Below, in pieces: positions 1 to 13,939 of a stretch of DNA of 59,778 nt. The notes under the pieces are model-generated. The model worked only from the letters and a program-made list of their open reading frames with translations. It did not search any database and was not told where the DNA came from. Within the stretch, counting starts at the first letter, position 1, and the number at the start of each line of letters is the position of its first letter. The DNA is from Paraglomus brasilianum (taxonomy: Eukaryota). The position numbers and the translations under genes were made by a program. The stretch spans positions 1-59,778 of the forward strand of contig CAJVPI010000079.1 in the NCBI GenBank assembly GCA_910592345.1, in the 5' to 3' direction.

Positions 1-73
1 CGTTAATCCGAAGATGCCGTTAATCCGAAGTTAAGCCTCAGCCCCGTTGACTTCGGATTAACGAGGTTGACTA
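1..73. mobile_element. Right end of a pogo/Tigger-like DNA transposon or MITE (truncated by window edge)
   Basis: Repeated CGTTAATCCGAAG and its inverted copy CTTCGGATTAACGAGGTTGACT. The reverse complement resembles CAGTCAACCTCG.TAATCCG-type pogo TIRs. A related motif occurs at ~59588-59606. Confidence 0.5.
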
Positions 74-371
74 TGTATTTCGATCTGATAATAGACTATA
101 AGCACATTTGATGTAATAAAGACGATCCACGAAGCTGAAAACGATGGATTATTCCCGCATGAGGTTCGGGAAATCAATACTATGCCGTAAGTCATGTGTC
201 GCGTTTCAACGCATTCTCTTGCCATATTAATATGAAAAAGTAAAATTTTTATACGGTCGGGTTTTGGGTGACGTAATTCTCATGATATTACAAGTAGAGA
301 GCTACTATGAGTACTCCTCGTTATTTGCTAGATCAATTGACATCTGCTAACGATGAACGCCAATAGCAGAC

Positions 372-847
372 ATGCTCACTATCGATGATAGCAAATATAC
401 TTACTTGGAGGTTTGCGTTCCTTTATTAATATACTTACTTGGAAGTTTTGCGTTCTTTTATTGTCTACACCTACGATTGAATGCTAAAGGTGTACAATAT
501 ACTTACTTGGCTTCCCATCTCTATCATGTGAATCTGTTTAAGCTTGCATCAGACAAAATGTACTTTGATAACAGAGATTTTTCAGTCGAGTTGCAGTTAC
601 CTCTTTCATCTGATCTGACCAACTTTTTCCTTTGTATATACAGGCACAGTTATGGGCTTTAAGTCTTTCTTTCAATTCGGTAGTTGCCAAAAGTAGGAAA
701 CAATGTCTTTCTATAGTGGTTTATTCTTGCCGAAGATCCTGTCCTAATAGGGCTAACACGGGACAATCTTTATCACGTTCGTTTCATTGTTTAAACTTTC
801 CATATACCGTTCCGGCCGGACACAAAGAGCATAAACAGAGTTGACTG
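372..847. mobile_element. Degenerate DNA transposon remnant with pogo-like terminus
   Basis: Ends in ...CATAAACAGAGTTGACTG|TA (CAGTCAACTCTG-like TIR plus TA). Three internal copies of AATATACTTACTTGG. Confidence 0.3.
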
Positions 848-1111
848 TATACATTAAAACGAAGTAAGCCAAACCAGAAGTGAGAGTCTGACATTATGTG
901 AGAGAGATGTTGAAATAACTTTGTGTAAACTTCGTTAAGCATATTTATTATTACTTTTTACTTGATACAAATCATCCGATACCATTTCAATAAATAACGG
1001 ATAGTTCGACTGAACAACAATAATTCTAAGTAAATAACAGAACCATAACATAACTGATGATTTGTAAATAACCGATATACCCATCCCATTGCGTATACGT
1101 CCTTGTAATAA

Positions 1112-4100
1112 TTAATAACTACGGCAGACAGTGTTTACTATTTCCTTAGCATCTGAACAACAAGAATGGATAAACAATATTAGCTAATGAATGTTATGTT
1201 ACATCTCACCTGACAAATTGAAGACTAACCTTTTGCTCTTACATACACCATACAATATGGATTGGCTGTTGACCCAGTGGTATCGGCAAACACTTCACTC
1301 TCCCTAACCTGCACGCGAATATATTGTCATCAGGCGTATTGCGTAGCAACTAATTATACTGCACAGCCAATACATACCTCTGATACATATGAATCATTAT
1401 ATTTCAACCATCGTTCGTTCTCAAAATCATATATGTATACCCAGTAATGTCCAAACGATGCTTGACCTACAGATATAGGAAGATTAATAATGTCTCCAAG
1501 CGTGCCATATTCAGATGTTATACTGGCACATATACGATCCAGCAGACATACCACTATGTACAAATACAGCATGTATTCGATATGCGCATTCTCGCAAGTT
1601 TCCAAACTGAGATTGTAGCTTCTCCTTATGCAGATCAATTAATTCCTCGGCATCTGAACACATTGGAGAGGACATAATAACAATTAGAATCATGAAGCAT
1701 ATGAGCGAGATGCTTATAGTGAAGCGTGTGCCACATTCTTACAATGTAGACTTCATTGCGCACAAACCACTAGTACACCAACCTGATAAACCAAGCCTGA
1801 GTTTTGACGCTTCCTTACTTATACATGATATATTTACATCGACTTCTCCTATCGACTCTATCTCTCCTTTGTGCAGATTCAGGAAATCTGTTGTATGGTT
1901 TAATAATTCGACTGATGATAAGCCGTTAAACTGAATGCACAATTAAGTTAACGTTAACTACAAGAACAGGATTTAACGTTCACAGATTGGATGATCTTTA
2001 TACCTTACGCTCGGTAAGTTTCTTGACATGTTCAGTTAACAGTTCGACTTGTTGTCTCAATGAAGCTGCCGCTCTCCGGTGATCTTGTAGTATTTCGCGA
2101 TTAGAATACAGATACCGATCAAGATAAACAGTTTTATCAAATCTCATGTAAGCATTCGACTTGTAGGGGTTTGCCGTAGATCGATCGAATTGTACCCGCT
2201 ATATAATGAATGGAGCCATATTAAAAACAGCAATAGTAAGCACAATTAATAGTAATAGTGCAATCCTAGACATTAATTTATCTATCAATACGAACACTAT
2301 CTATTATTGCTAATGTTAGTGCTAGCGCTATACAAACTAAATAATGCTATTGGTTAACTGACCTGCAATTGTATCTGTAGTATCGGAGGTAACTCACTAA
2401 TAGTAACTTCTCTCTCTGCTTGCGAACCCTTATAATCAACCTACAAAGCGGTGATGCATCGCAATAATTAATTCAATAGCAACAATTCTGTTTAAACAAG
2501 AATAACACAGTCTTCTCATACTTTGTGCACGATTTATGCTATTCCTTCTTTTTTTCTTTACTTACCATCGATACATCAAAATATCCATCCAGTCCACCAT
2601 ATAAATCCCTCCCTTCTGTCACAACAACAAACAACTGATTAAAGGGCTCTTCTTTCATTGCCTGTACCATATTACCCGTTGTTTTGTCCTTGTAACGCAA
2701 GATCTGTTGGGTTTTACCATAGAATAAACTGACATTGGTCATGGTCATATCCCCATCCAAGTAAAATTCAGTATTGCAACAGAATATCACATAAGTCAAA
2801 TAGAAACAATATTCATATTCGATTCAGCGTTCACTTACTTCTTAACAACATTTATATATTCCTCTTCTGGCGATATTGTTGGCTTAATTGCAGCTTCCAG
2901 TTGGAACATAACGTTGTCCATACATTCTAAACAAACAACAGCCAATAGCTAAATCATTTCTAATGAATATGTCAAATGTATATTTACATCTACATCCAAT
3001 ATATATTAGTTACCAGCAACGTCCTGTTGTCTACCAAATAACATAGATGACGCTGTCCGTGGCTTCTCTTCTCTGATCGGTTCAGCAGAAGCCATAAATG
3101 TGCCTTCTAAATCTGGACCATACTGACTATCGTGGCTTTCTTTATTCTTCCCTTTTCCATTGTAGTTATTGTGATTTGTAAAATCGTTCGATCCAGTATA
3201 ACTGGTCCCGTAATTAGTGGTTTTTATCGCGGCAGCTTTCCTCATCATATTCGTAGCACTATATCGTTCAAATGCAGGCAAACCGGCGTTTATATCAGTG
3301 TCCATCATCTCGGATGTGGAAGATTCTGAGAAATCCATCTTGGTTTCCGATGAATTTAAAAGATTGTCATTAGACGTGTCATTATCGTTGGTGTTAACTG
3401 CTCCAGTATTGGCATCGTCATCTGTGAATGTAATAATTTCATTCATCATTGACCGCACCGTTTCCTCTTCTTCGGCTTTTGCATTTTCCAGCGCCAAAGC
3501 GGCTAATTGAACGTCGGGGGCAATTGACTTTTGTGTTGTATGTATGAGATTGCTAAATAGATCGCGCAGAAGGCTGACGACTGGATAACGAATTTGCCAT
3601 CATAATTGTATTGGATGCAGGCAGCCGATCAGACAACAAAATAACAGATTAATAGATATGAACGAATAAATATTCCAAGTCAAGAAGCACTTACAGCGTC
3701 TAGCACGTTCAACCTCGCTCTTGAGAACTTTGCGTCCGCCAATTATTTTGTCCTTCCAGTCCGTGTCATCAATATCACTGTCCGCATCAAATGCCATTAC
3801 AGCTTTCCGTAGATCATGAATAGTAAAATAGTACTGTAGAAGTAAATTCAGGGGACGTGTGTGTACAAGTAAGAAGGGTTTAATTGCAATAATTGCGGTC
3901 AGTTATATCAATAGCAATGGCGTTCGTAAATCTTAATATATTATCCTTCATAAATAAATTGTAACAGAAAGACTTTTATGACTTGTGTAAATTATAGTTA
4001 TAAGGGTGACAATATAGAAATTACTATTATTAATATTAGAATAGTGACAAACATAACACCCTTAAAAATTTTTTTTTTTTTGGCTGTTGTCACAATTACA

Positions 4101-6271
4101 GCAGGCAGTCCTTTGCAATAAGATATGAATAATCTCTACTAACCTGTAGCAACGAATTTAGATAACATGTGTTTCCTATATTATCCAATCCTACAGGCCT
4201 TATGAGTGAAATGAGATGAAGGCTCAATAGTCGAAATCAACAGAGAAACGTCATGTATTATAGATATAACATATCACTTACATGTCGGAGACGATATCCA
4301 TCATATGATAACCTAATGAAAAGAATAAATTTAATGAAATCGTTGCGTATATAATGTTGGATGATTCCTTTCATACCTAAATAGTCTTCGTTCGATATTA
4401 ATTGACTGTTCAATGCTTTCCCTATCGTCAATAAATGTTTCCGATAACTTGATCTATTTTCGGGAGAAGCTCTCGCCTGAATAGATTTGCAATTATTGTC
4501 GCATCATATAAGGATAACAAAGTAACAGAATACGACACTATATCTACCAATGATTTATATGCTGCCAATGCTTCACAGTCAGAAACAGTTTCTTCTGATA
4601 GGTTCAACTCTCTGCATGCTTCTTTAAGGTCGCTCAAACAAATCTTTCCTACATAGAATAAAGTGCTGTTAACAGCTCGCAATGAAATTACTAGATATAA
4701 GACCATGTGTAATAAAAGGATGTTCATATGTACCATGTGATTGCTCCACTGCAAAAAATAAACCCAATTTGTCAGATCTCCTCTCATCGGCTATCAGGCG
4801 TAGCGCCTCCAAATATGAAAGAGTATGTTCAGGTGCATGATCGATTGCCCGCTTATACGCCCATTCTAACACTTCATCTTGTACATCTGATACACAGCCG
4901 AGTACAGCATAACTAGTTGATCGAAGTGATATACTCGATGGATCAAACGTACTTGCCGTAGTGAATAGAGGTTCTTCAGGTACGACAAGATTCAGGGAAA
5001 AAACAACGTCAGAGTGAGAAATAAAGCTTGGAGACACATGAAGAAAATACTGTTCGCAGGACGCTAAATACTGACGTGTTCCAATAATATTGGCTAGCTT
5101 CGTGTATGGATCCTCATACTTTGGTATCGTTTCATTAGTGTCATTAATATAACCATCTTACAGCAAAAGAACAGTTAATCAATATGACCTAATTACAAAA
5201 TGCACGAATATCTAAGACATTTCATAACCCATTGCAAAATTGAAATAACACATATTTCATGCAATATTACAAATCAATCCACCATGTACAAAATACTCAC
5301 AGTTGTCAAGTACCATCATATATAATTCTTCCTTCACGCGTTTTAGAAAATCTCTTCTTCCTTCATCCTCAAGAAGAGGAGGTTCATAGCACCCATCTTC
5401 TCCTATGTGAAAATCCAATATTTGGAAGAAGGCCTGGCTAGAGAGAAAAACCAGTCAGAAACAACAACGTTAAAAAATTCTTGATAAGCCATCGAAATCG
5501 GATAACACCAACCTCACATCATCGAATCCAATTTTAGTAAATTCTTCGTCAGTTATTCTTATCCCTTTACCACTGCCTGACAAAAGCTCGGAGAGATATT
5601 TTCCTAATGCTAAGACAATGTCCCTCAGTTCAATTGTTGGCTCTGTTCCGTTAGTTATTGAAGGACTATCGTACGTATATGGAAGTCTCCTATTCCTGAG
5701 TAGATCACTCATAATCTCCATTGGCATGAAAGGATCTGCGATATTAACGTTAACAGTAAAATCACATTGACAGCAATGTGCCGATATACTCGACGATATC
5801 TCAGTAGTAGTGTGCAAATGATGAAAAGAATTCTCTTGATTGACTGGACATATTCCTGTTGGTGATTCAGGTGGCTGATCTTTTGGTCTAGTTACTGTTA
5901 TGGTAAACCATTTATGACATTGCTTACACAAGAAGACGGTTGACGCGTCATTGTCAAATAGATGTGATAGCCAGAATGAATGAATGTGGGGCTCGTCTCC
6001 CTTATGACGCGTTAAGGCAACCAGCCATGCGGCGGGAATCCTTCCCTCTTGCCGAGTGAATTGTGTTAGGTCTGATGTGACGGTGAAAACGCTGGTGGTT
6101 GGGTTACGGGGAGGAAGAGCAGGAGGAGTCTTCGAGACTGATGTGACGGACAGGGATTTATCATGTGCATTATCGTTTATCGTAACTAACAATCGAATCT
6201 TTGTCAAAACGAAGTAAAAGATTGGCAAGACAAGAAATATAAGAAGAGCTCTTACTTCGGGGAACCGTCAT
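1112..6271 (-). CDS. UBP2: Ubiquitin carboxyl-terminal hydrolase, Ubp2-like (USP/C19), multi-exon
   Basis: Cys box PVGLDNIGNTCYLNSLLQ (~4200-4144), GRQQDVAECMDNVMFQLEAA, and His box YRIHAVFVHSG/QASFGHYWVYIYDFENERWLKYNDSYVSE. Ubp2-type repeat YAVLGCVSDVQDEVLEWAY...YLEALRLIA. ATG at 6271, last exon KEIVNTVCRSY-TAA ends at 1112. GT-AG introns. Confidence 0.9.
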
Positions 6272-6477
6272 AGTTTGATATCTCTTATACAATATCCTCA
6301 AATGCAGTGAACGCCCCTTTTAGTTTTCAATAGTTATGGCTGTATTGAGTAATCACAGAGCAAGTACGCGGTTGTAATGAGCTTTCTGACGTTAATATGG
6401 TGTGAGAATGAGTATTCTTTGCATTCAGAAATCTGTGCTACCGATTCGTCATTGGACGACAGAAATTCTTTTCCAGA

Positions 6478-6508
<31 letters not shown>

Positions 6509-6543
6509 TATTACTATTATTATTATTATTATTATTATTATTA
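6478..6543. repeat. (ATT)n microsatellite
   Basis: About 22 ATT/ACT units read directly. Confidence 0.95.
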
Positions 6544-6691
6544 AATTCTTACCCTTCAATCAATAATAACAATGGATACCAAATATTATATTACTATCAA
6601 ACCTGTGTATTAATAAAGATTACAATCTATCCCGCATCCCTATCGCAATACATACTCTTAAATGCGAGTCCACAAGAGATAATATAATATA

Positions 6692-7700
6692 CAGTGTGTC
6701 ACGAAAAAAAAACGCTTTCACAAAAAATATCATAACTCAATGGCCATGCAAAATTTTAGAAAGCTTATCATGTGCTTTATTATATATATAATTTTCAATA
6801 CGAAATTCTATCCCCGTTTTTCTCCAAAACAAGCTCACACGTCTTTTTCATCGATGAAATTAAATTTTGTACAGTTGTTTCTGCAATCGCATTCCATTCT
6901 TCAGTCAACGTTATTCTTGACTCGAAGTCCGGACTATTAGATGGCCAGTCAATAGTCCGAATTTCATTTTCTACCTTAGCAACACGTGATGTGCTTTGGA
7001 TCATTGTCTTGTTGCAGACGCCAGTTCTTGCCATACATTTTTTGAGCAGCAGGCAGCAGATATGTCTGCAATATACCTACATAAAAAGGCCCATCCATTA
7101 TATTCGATGCAGCAACATAAAGGTGTTTTTCCCTTTCTGAAACCCCCCATGTCATTACTTTTTGGTAATCGGCGAATCAGTTTTTCGCCACTCTTATGCC
7201 ACCGACTGACTTTATTCCGAAAAAGATCAAATGCTGTCTCGTCAGTGAATATAGTTCGGGCCCAATTGTCCCGTACGTGTGCCCGTGCCCAAGCTTTTCT
7301 TAGCTCAATATGCCGACTAGTGAGCATTGGCGTCGTACGAAGTATAGAAATGGCAGTATGTGAAATGAAAATATTCTGTGTTTTATCTGTACGGCAGAAG
7401 CGAGCTGCCGTACAGATATAGCACTATTTCGGCACACTTGCTGTCCAAAGTTGCGATCGATGTTTTGTGTACCATTGGAATGGCGTCCGTTATCCTTCTT
7501 GTGCTCGATACTGCAGTTTTTTAGATTGTCAAGAACAGTACGATAAGGAATATTGGTCTTTTTATGTATTTCCTTGGGGATTGGACGCTAATGATAAATT
7601 GTTTGTCGTTGGGCTTCAAGTCCATGGTTGCGATATTTATTACTTAAATACGTTTACTAACATGGAAATTAATTGAAAATTAAGACGCGTCTGTTATCAA
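6692..7700 (-). mobile_element. Decayed Tc1/mariner transposon
   Basis: TA|CAGTGTGTCACG terminus at 6692. Minus-strand fragments RKAWARAHVRDNWARTIFTDETAF (first D), WRLQQDNDPKH (second D), IDWPSNSPD and EEWNAI...QNLISSM. Frameshifted. Confidence 0.9.
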
Positions 7701-7789
7701 TAACACGCTTCTTGTTTAAATAAAATCAAAAATAAATGAACAATAAATAAATAAATAAGTCAAAACAAAAAAAAAAAAAATAACAATCA

Positions 7790-8641
7790 TACCTAGCAGT
7801 TAATGCTTCATCAACCGCCTCATCGATAATGCTTGCAGGCGCTTGCCATGTGTACATTGAAGCAGCATTCCAATACGCGCACGAATTTGCGTTCACCCCC
7901 CATACGCATGATTTTTGAAGTCTCTTGTTTCCTACACGAACATCCGTGTAAATATTCAATGGGTTGAGATTTTATCCAAACCCGTCGTGATGGACCAATA
8001 TGCGAATCCTTGGTATAGAAACGGCGGAATCGACTCCAGCGGACAACTGCATATCTTGAAAAGCCCATCCACCGTTTCAATAGCTGCTTTTGAGGGTGAT
8101 TTGGATATACTTTTATTGGCAGCGTACGATGGAGAGCTTCCAAGTGTTGTCGTTTGTTGCGTGCTGCTGTTGTCCTGATCTTGCGCTATTTCCCTTGTTT
8201 AGGGTTCTCGTCGGGCGACTCTTCTTCCTTACTTGATTGCAAGGATATCTTGGAAAAGTTCGTGCTCGTCGGAGATCGCTTCATTGACGAAAACCATGAG
8301 TTTTGTATAGTATGGAGGGAGTGGAAGAGGTTGCGGCAGGGTCGGTCACAATAGGTTACCACAATCTCTGAGTCCATGCCGCAACTTTTCCGTTTTAATA
8401 AGGTCTTACGTTTGTGGGTTGGAGAGCTGACGAGTTGTTCGTAGGTTGGGGAGCTGAGGACCTTTTGCTTGACTTTTTGCGGCGGCGGCGGCGGTGATGT
8501 TAGCATTGAGGAGAGAGTTGTTTACTATTTTGATTTTCAAATAAGCAAAATATTGTGCTGGTTAAAGAATTTGGGGATAATGTCTTTAAACATATTTGTC
8601 GGTATTTGAATGGCAGAACCGAAAACGCGCATGAAACATGA
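7790..8641 (-). pseudogene. Fanzor2 / IS607-type TnpB nuclease, copy 1 (N-terminal half only, disrupted)
   Basis: RPY*NGKVAAWTQRLW*PIVTD, QNSWFS, LPIKVYPNHPQKQLLKRWMG (OrfB HTH-like), APASIIDEAVDEALTAR, then truncation. Nucleotide homology to 14291-15160. Confidence 0.8.
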
Positions 8642-9201
8642 CAGGCGTAGAGCGGAGCGTAACATTTGAATCATTCATTATCTTTAATCACTAAAATTCA
8701 TCGTTCATGTTTTTAAAATCAGTAGATGGCATACAAAATAAGAAGCAAAAATTCGATATGGGCATGCAGTCAGAATTGCAAAGTGGATGGAAGATGATAT
8801 GGCAGCACCATCAAGGTATAGCCGACATGCAGAGTGGAGCAAAAGGAGATTTAAACTACCATGGCCACTGAATTCCAAGTATCCCAATAACCCTCTACAA
8901 TCCCGTATTTGCTAAGTTTAAAGGCTGTACTATCACTATTGATATTGTAGCAGTTGCAGAGCCGCTAAATGATATGTCAGAAGCTTACAATGTCGAAGTC
9001 AGAAGTTTTGCCAATGGGCTACACATTATCTTGGGAGACCTGTTAATAAACTGGAACTTCCACAACAGAATACTTTATGCCAAAGAGGAAATGCAGTATG
9101 TTCTACAGAGAGTTCTGGGTGTCCATATATACAAGCTAGTGCTTTGTTTTTATCGTGCTGTTTCCAATTTTTATTTTTGAGCACTTTTATTATCTTTCAC
9201 A

Positions 9202-9701
9202 ATGCCAAAAGGTTCCGAATTGACAGAAGCTGATCGAGGAAAAATCTTAGGTATTTGAATAGGTGGAAGCGTTTTAACAATTTAAAATTCCGCCATCCAC
9301 TGCACAGGATACCATTGTTCTCTGATAATTTAAAAAGTGCTTGAAGAAAATGTCACGGAATTAGAGATTGCTCTGAAAGAGGAATAGTCATTAATTCCTC
9401 ATCAAACATATTCCAATTTGATTGAGAGCATGCCAAGAAGGCTTGAGGTATAATGGATGGCTAACTCAGTACTAAAATAAAAACTAAATGTTTAGAGCCA
9501 AAATCGGGCGAAATTGATTTTAATCGCAATTCCTTTTGTTTGATAATTCATCATATATAAGAAAGCTAAACACTTCAAAATTCACATGCAGATTTGCGAA
9601 AAGCTAAGCTACAAAATAATATAAAAACTTTGTGTAATTATTATACTGGATTTTGCATAAACTCGAACAACCTCCCATCAGATACTTTAGTCCAGGGAGT
9701 G
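9202..9701 (+). mobile_element. Internally deleted Tc1-like element
   Basis: N-terminal MPKGSELTEADRGKILG joined to C-terminal ELEIALKEE*SLIPHQTYSNLIESMPRRLE. Right end ...TAGTCCAGGGAGTG|TA. Confidence 0.75.
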
Positions 9702-9702
9702 T

Positions 9703-9883
9703 ATATACAATTCTTTTGGTTTTTTTTTTCTGAAAGCACAATCAATTAGCTTCTGAACCATACAAACAATATTATCCTTTGTATAGTACACATGTGCAGG
9801 AGAGATTTTTGAAAAGAAAGACATTCCATATGTTTTACTAGTAAATTTTCATGTGGTGATCATTCATTTCTGGCAGGGTACTG
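9703..9883. mobile_element. MITE arm, same family as the foldback at 38683-39115
   Basis: Closely similar to 38945-39113 (GCAGGAGAGATTTTTGAAAAGAAAGACATTCCA). Ends CTGGCAGGGTACTG|TA. Confidence 0.8.
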
Positions 9884-10199
9884 TACATGTACATGTGGTT
9901 TGAGATATAACTGTTCAAAGTTTGGTTAATTTATATTGTGAGCAGAAATTTGAAACAGCCTTTTCATCTTAAATCTGGCCATATCTTAAGACCTTAACAA
10001 AATAAAAAATGGAAATCTCGTGTTACATGACCTTTGGATAAATATGATCTCTAAAACGAAAAATTTTCGCTCTTTAATAATGAGTAGATCCACAAAATGC
10101 ACTCAAAACTGTTGTGAGCTTGCGAGGAAAAGGAGAAAACTAGCAGATTCCTTGTATAATACCATAACTGTATAATACCATAACCAACAATGTTTTTGT

Positions 10200-10657
10200 T
10201 AATGATGCGATTGAAGATGAGAGTAGTGAATATGAATGGAATGATAATAGATTAGATGATGAAGCGGAAGACCTCTATAGCATGGGCCACAAAATTATCT
10301 TCTATTCCAAATTCAACCCGAGTTGGGGTGCTGCTAAACGATATACACGAACAACATTGTGATTACACTTGGAACGGTTTAAAGGAAACTCTTCCACCTG
10401 CATTTGATTCTATTTCTCTACAGACAATGGATTGCTATAGGAAGGGATTGAAGGGACGACAGGCAGAATTTGGCATTAAAAAATATAAGTTATTGAAACG
10501 ATTTTTGAAATTAATAATAACAGATAATAATAAAATCAATGTAGTTGATCATTGACATTTTCAGTAATGATTCCCCCTTGAAAATTGATGCGTACCATTG
10601 ACTAACGATAGTTTTTACTTCTAAATGCGCATTTATGCAATATAAACAATTTTACTG
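10200..10657 (+). mobile_element. Decayed DDE transposase C-terminus (fungal Tc1/mariner-superfamily type)
   Basis: HCDYTWNGLKETLPPAFDSISLQT..MDCYRKGLKGRQAEFGIKKYK resembles a common fungal transposase tail. Ends ...TTTTACTG|TA. Confidence 0.6.
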
Positions 10658-10879
10658 TATAAAGCATCAGCTATTAGCAAAAAACCAGTTTATTGTGTAA
10701 AGATATTGGGTATTAGTATTTCCAGAATAAGACTCCTTGGTGCTAAGCACACTTCCTAGGTCTAAAAATTCGGTTTATAAAAAAAATTCGGTTTACGGTT
10801 TAGAGTAGATTTATTATTAATATCCGGTTTAGCGAGGTAATTTTTAATGTATAAATTCAAATCCGATTATCTCGTGGCC

Positions 10880-12850
10880 TAAGCATTATAACCACGTATA
10901 ACTCAACGCGTTTTTCAAAGCGTCGTATTTCAATGTCATTAGATTCATCACACAAGCATGCTGGTATGGCAATCACTTAATTTTTCGTTTTGACTTGACG
11001 TGGTCTTATTATTATCATTTTTACAGCCCAACAATACTTCGAGTCAACCGAATGGACGTATCCCGGGTGTCTTGAAAAAATGCAACCATACTTTAACAAC
11101 TACAGTACTGATTTTTAACCAGTGTGCGTGTATGTGTTCATATCTGTATTGGGAAATGAATGGTTATACATATTCTATAGAATACATTGTTCTATAGAGT
11201 CACATAAAAGTACACAGCTTTCTGTCTGATAGATATCCAGTAATAGATATAGGATATACGTTTCTACAGGATGCAGTTCATGCGTCTCTATATCGCTTTC
11301 GAAGACTCCATTCATTTTGAAAAAGATTTTCAATATTTCGTTCATATTACAAACCAACTTTACATTCGTAAAAGAGATTGGCAAATTGTCGTTTTGTCGA
11401 CGAATTTGTTGTTGTTGCTGTTGATGTTGTGGTTGTAAATAATATAAATAATAATTAATAACAATTTCTCTAACTACTGGCCAATTTTTTCTATTCATAT
11501 CTTTAAAATATACAGGTTTTATATCTACGTAAAAAACGTCTCCCTTAATATAATTCTTCCATTCTTCCCATATCAGTAATATTAGCGATTATTAATCTAA
11601 TCAAATTATAATGGTCCTATTCATTTCAGTTTCTGTTCCGATTTTTTTCACCTTCCAAATTTGTGTTGTATTTCTAATTTAGGTAATGAAAATGGACACA
11701 ACATCGGACTTGTGTCCATTTTGTTCCTCATCAAAAAAGGAAACGAATGTGAACACAAAATACGTATGGAAATCGACGACATCACGTATTCGATAATGTC
11801 AATATCAACTCCTACAGAAGACATCCCAAGTGAAGGGCATCAGGAAAATCTTCACTATCGCTAGAAGAATCTGCAAGCAATAGTAATAGTGCTTGTTGAA
11901 GTAGTAGCAGAGACTTATTCATGGACATGACGATATTCTTCGCTTTTCGAATTTAAGCTAAAAAATGTGATTGGCAGTCAGTTGCAGATCATCTACGCAT
12001 TTAGTTACAGGAAGGAAAAAAATGGGAACATGAAATGAATAGGACCAATATATTTGACACCCCCTTTGGAAATTCGACATACTTCTCGTCCATGAATCCC
12101 CTCCTTTATCCAATAATGCATAATAACCGGCTGTAAATCTACATTCATTACTAACTCTTTTAGATGATGGATTCTGGCATGAGTTGTACATTTTTTCTAT
12201 TTCACATCTTCTATATTAAATACCGGGATCATAACTTCGATAATTTTTTTAGCCGAAGAGAGAATGTCTTTTGCAGCACGAAGCTGCGAATCGTTATTTA
12301 CAGGCAAAACTATTTCACTACTACACCCAATATTATCGTTATTATGTCGTTATTATTGACATCTTCAACTTTTATAACATTCCGTTTGATTTTTCCATTC
12401 CTCCGCCTCCTCCTCTTTAATATTAACAATATTGATGACCACTAACCTAATTAATTCATAATTCATTTTACACCCTCTTTGAAAATTCGATATACTTCTC
12501 GTCCACGAATTCCCTCCATCTAATAATGCATGATAACCAGCTACAAATCTACTTGCATTATTATCTTTTATAGATAATGAATTTCGACATGAATTATACG
12601 TTCTTTCTATCTCATGTCTCGTATCGCCATTTAATACCGGATGTGGTATTAATTCGGTTACATCATGACTTCAATGATTCGTTTAGCAAAAGAAAGAACG
12701 TACAGTATTTCGCTGCATGAATCATTATATACAGGTAAAATTATTTCACTACTACAGTTGATAGTATTTTTATCGTTATCGGTGTCAATATCATCATCTT
12801 CTACAAAACCATAAGGATTATACCGTTTATTATATTTCAATTATAACAAG
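10880..12850 (-). pseudogene. Unidentified decayed AT-rich coding region with ~410-bp tandem duplication
   Basis: Broken minus-strand ORFs (WEEWKNYIKGDVFYVDIKPVYFKDMNRKNWPVVREIV; CRFTAGYYALLDKGGDSWTRSMSNFQRGC). The unit at ~12058-12440 is repeated at ~12471-12850. Confidence 0.4.
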
Positions 12851-13939
12851 TCGATTTATTTGACTATCACATATAATAAAGATTTTCTTTTTCGCTATTA
12901 TAATCTTCATTATTAATATTTCATTATTTAAATAATAATATAATTATTATCTTCTATTAACAATAATTAGTTAAATAATGCTATATATGTAATATGTAAT
13001 AGCACGTATAGTAGTGCCAATAACCGTAATAAATACAAATAAACGATAGTAACAGGGGGATAAACAATCGGAAAAACATTGCTTTTACACCGGCGTGCCC
13101 AAGCAGCAAACTCACTTCCATCTCTACCAGCTTCAGGGACAGACCCTTCACAAGCAGAGGACAAGTATAATCTTCATTATTAATGTTTCTATTAACAATA
13201 ATTAGTTGGGGAAAAAATGAGTAAACTGTATCATCAGAATACGGACCAATGAAGGTCGTGCATGTCAAGCGGCAACCACCCCACCCGTATGTCACGCTTG
13301 ATCGATGACTTCACATCAACGTCCCACGTACCTATTCACCACAGCCGCCTGTGCGCGCCGTGAGCACAGACGACCCTTCGGAGCGGATATCGAACGTTCA
13401 CAGCAAGTAAATCATTTAACGATCAGGCCCCCAACTACTTTTCGTGTGTATCCTATTCACCACAAAAGCTCACGCTTTTTTGTCGGTAACGGTTTTCGAT
13501 TAATTTGCACTCCGCGTGCCTTCGAAAACTACGATTTACACCTAGTGGCAGCGTCCCTTCAGATACACACTACTAAGCACCCTCACGAAAAACAATATAC
13601 AAGTGTGGCCACGGAGAGCTTTCAAGATTATCCGGCTTTTATACCTAGTGGCAGCGTACCTTCGGCTACAGACCCTCAACAGATTTACCCAGTAAGAATT
13701 CTTACTTCGAAAACACCCCTATATCTACAATTTCCCTTTCATTTTCATCAATTTCCTCCGCCTCATTTTGTCCAAATAAATCGTCTTCTGACCCATCCAT
13801 TGCATTACTAATACCACACTTTTTAAATGACTTTATAATAATCTCTTTTGCATATCGCAAAACTTTAAGCAGAATACGACAAGCATTGTGTAAAGAAAAG
13901 ATGCAGAGTAAATGGCATGGGTGTACAAAAAAATAAAAC

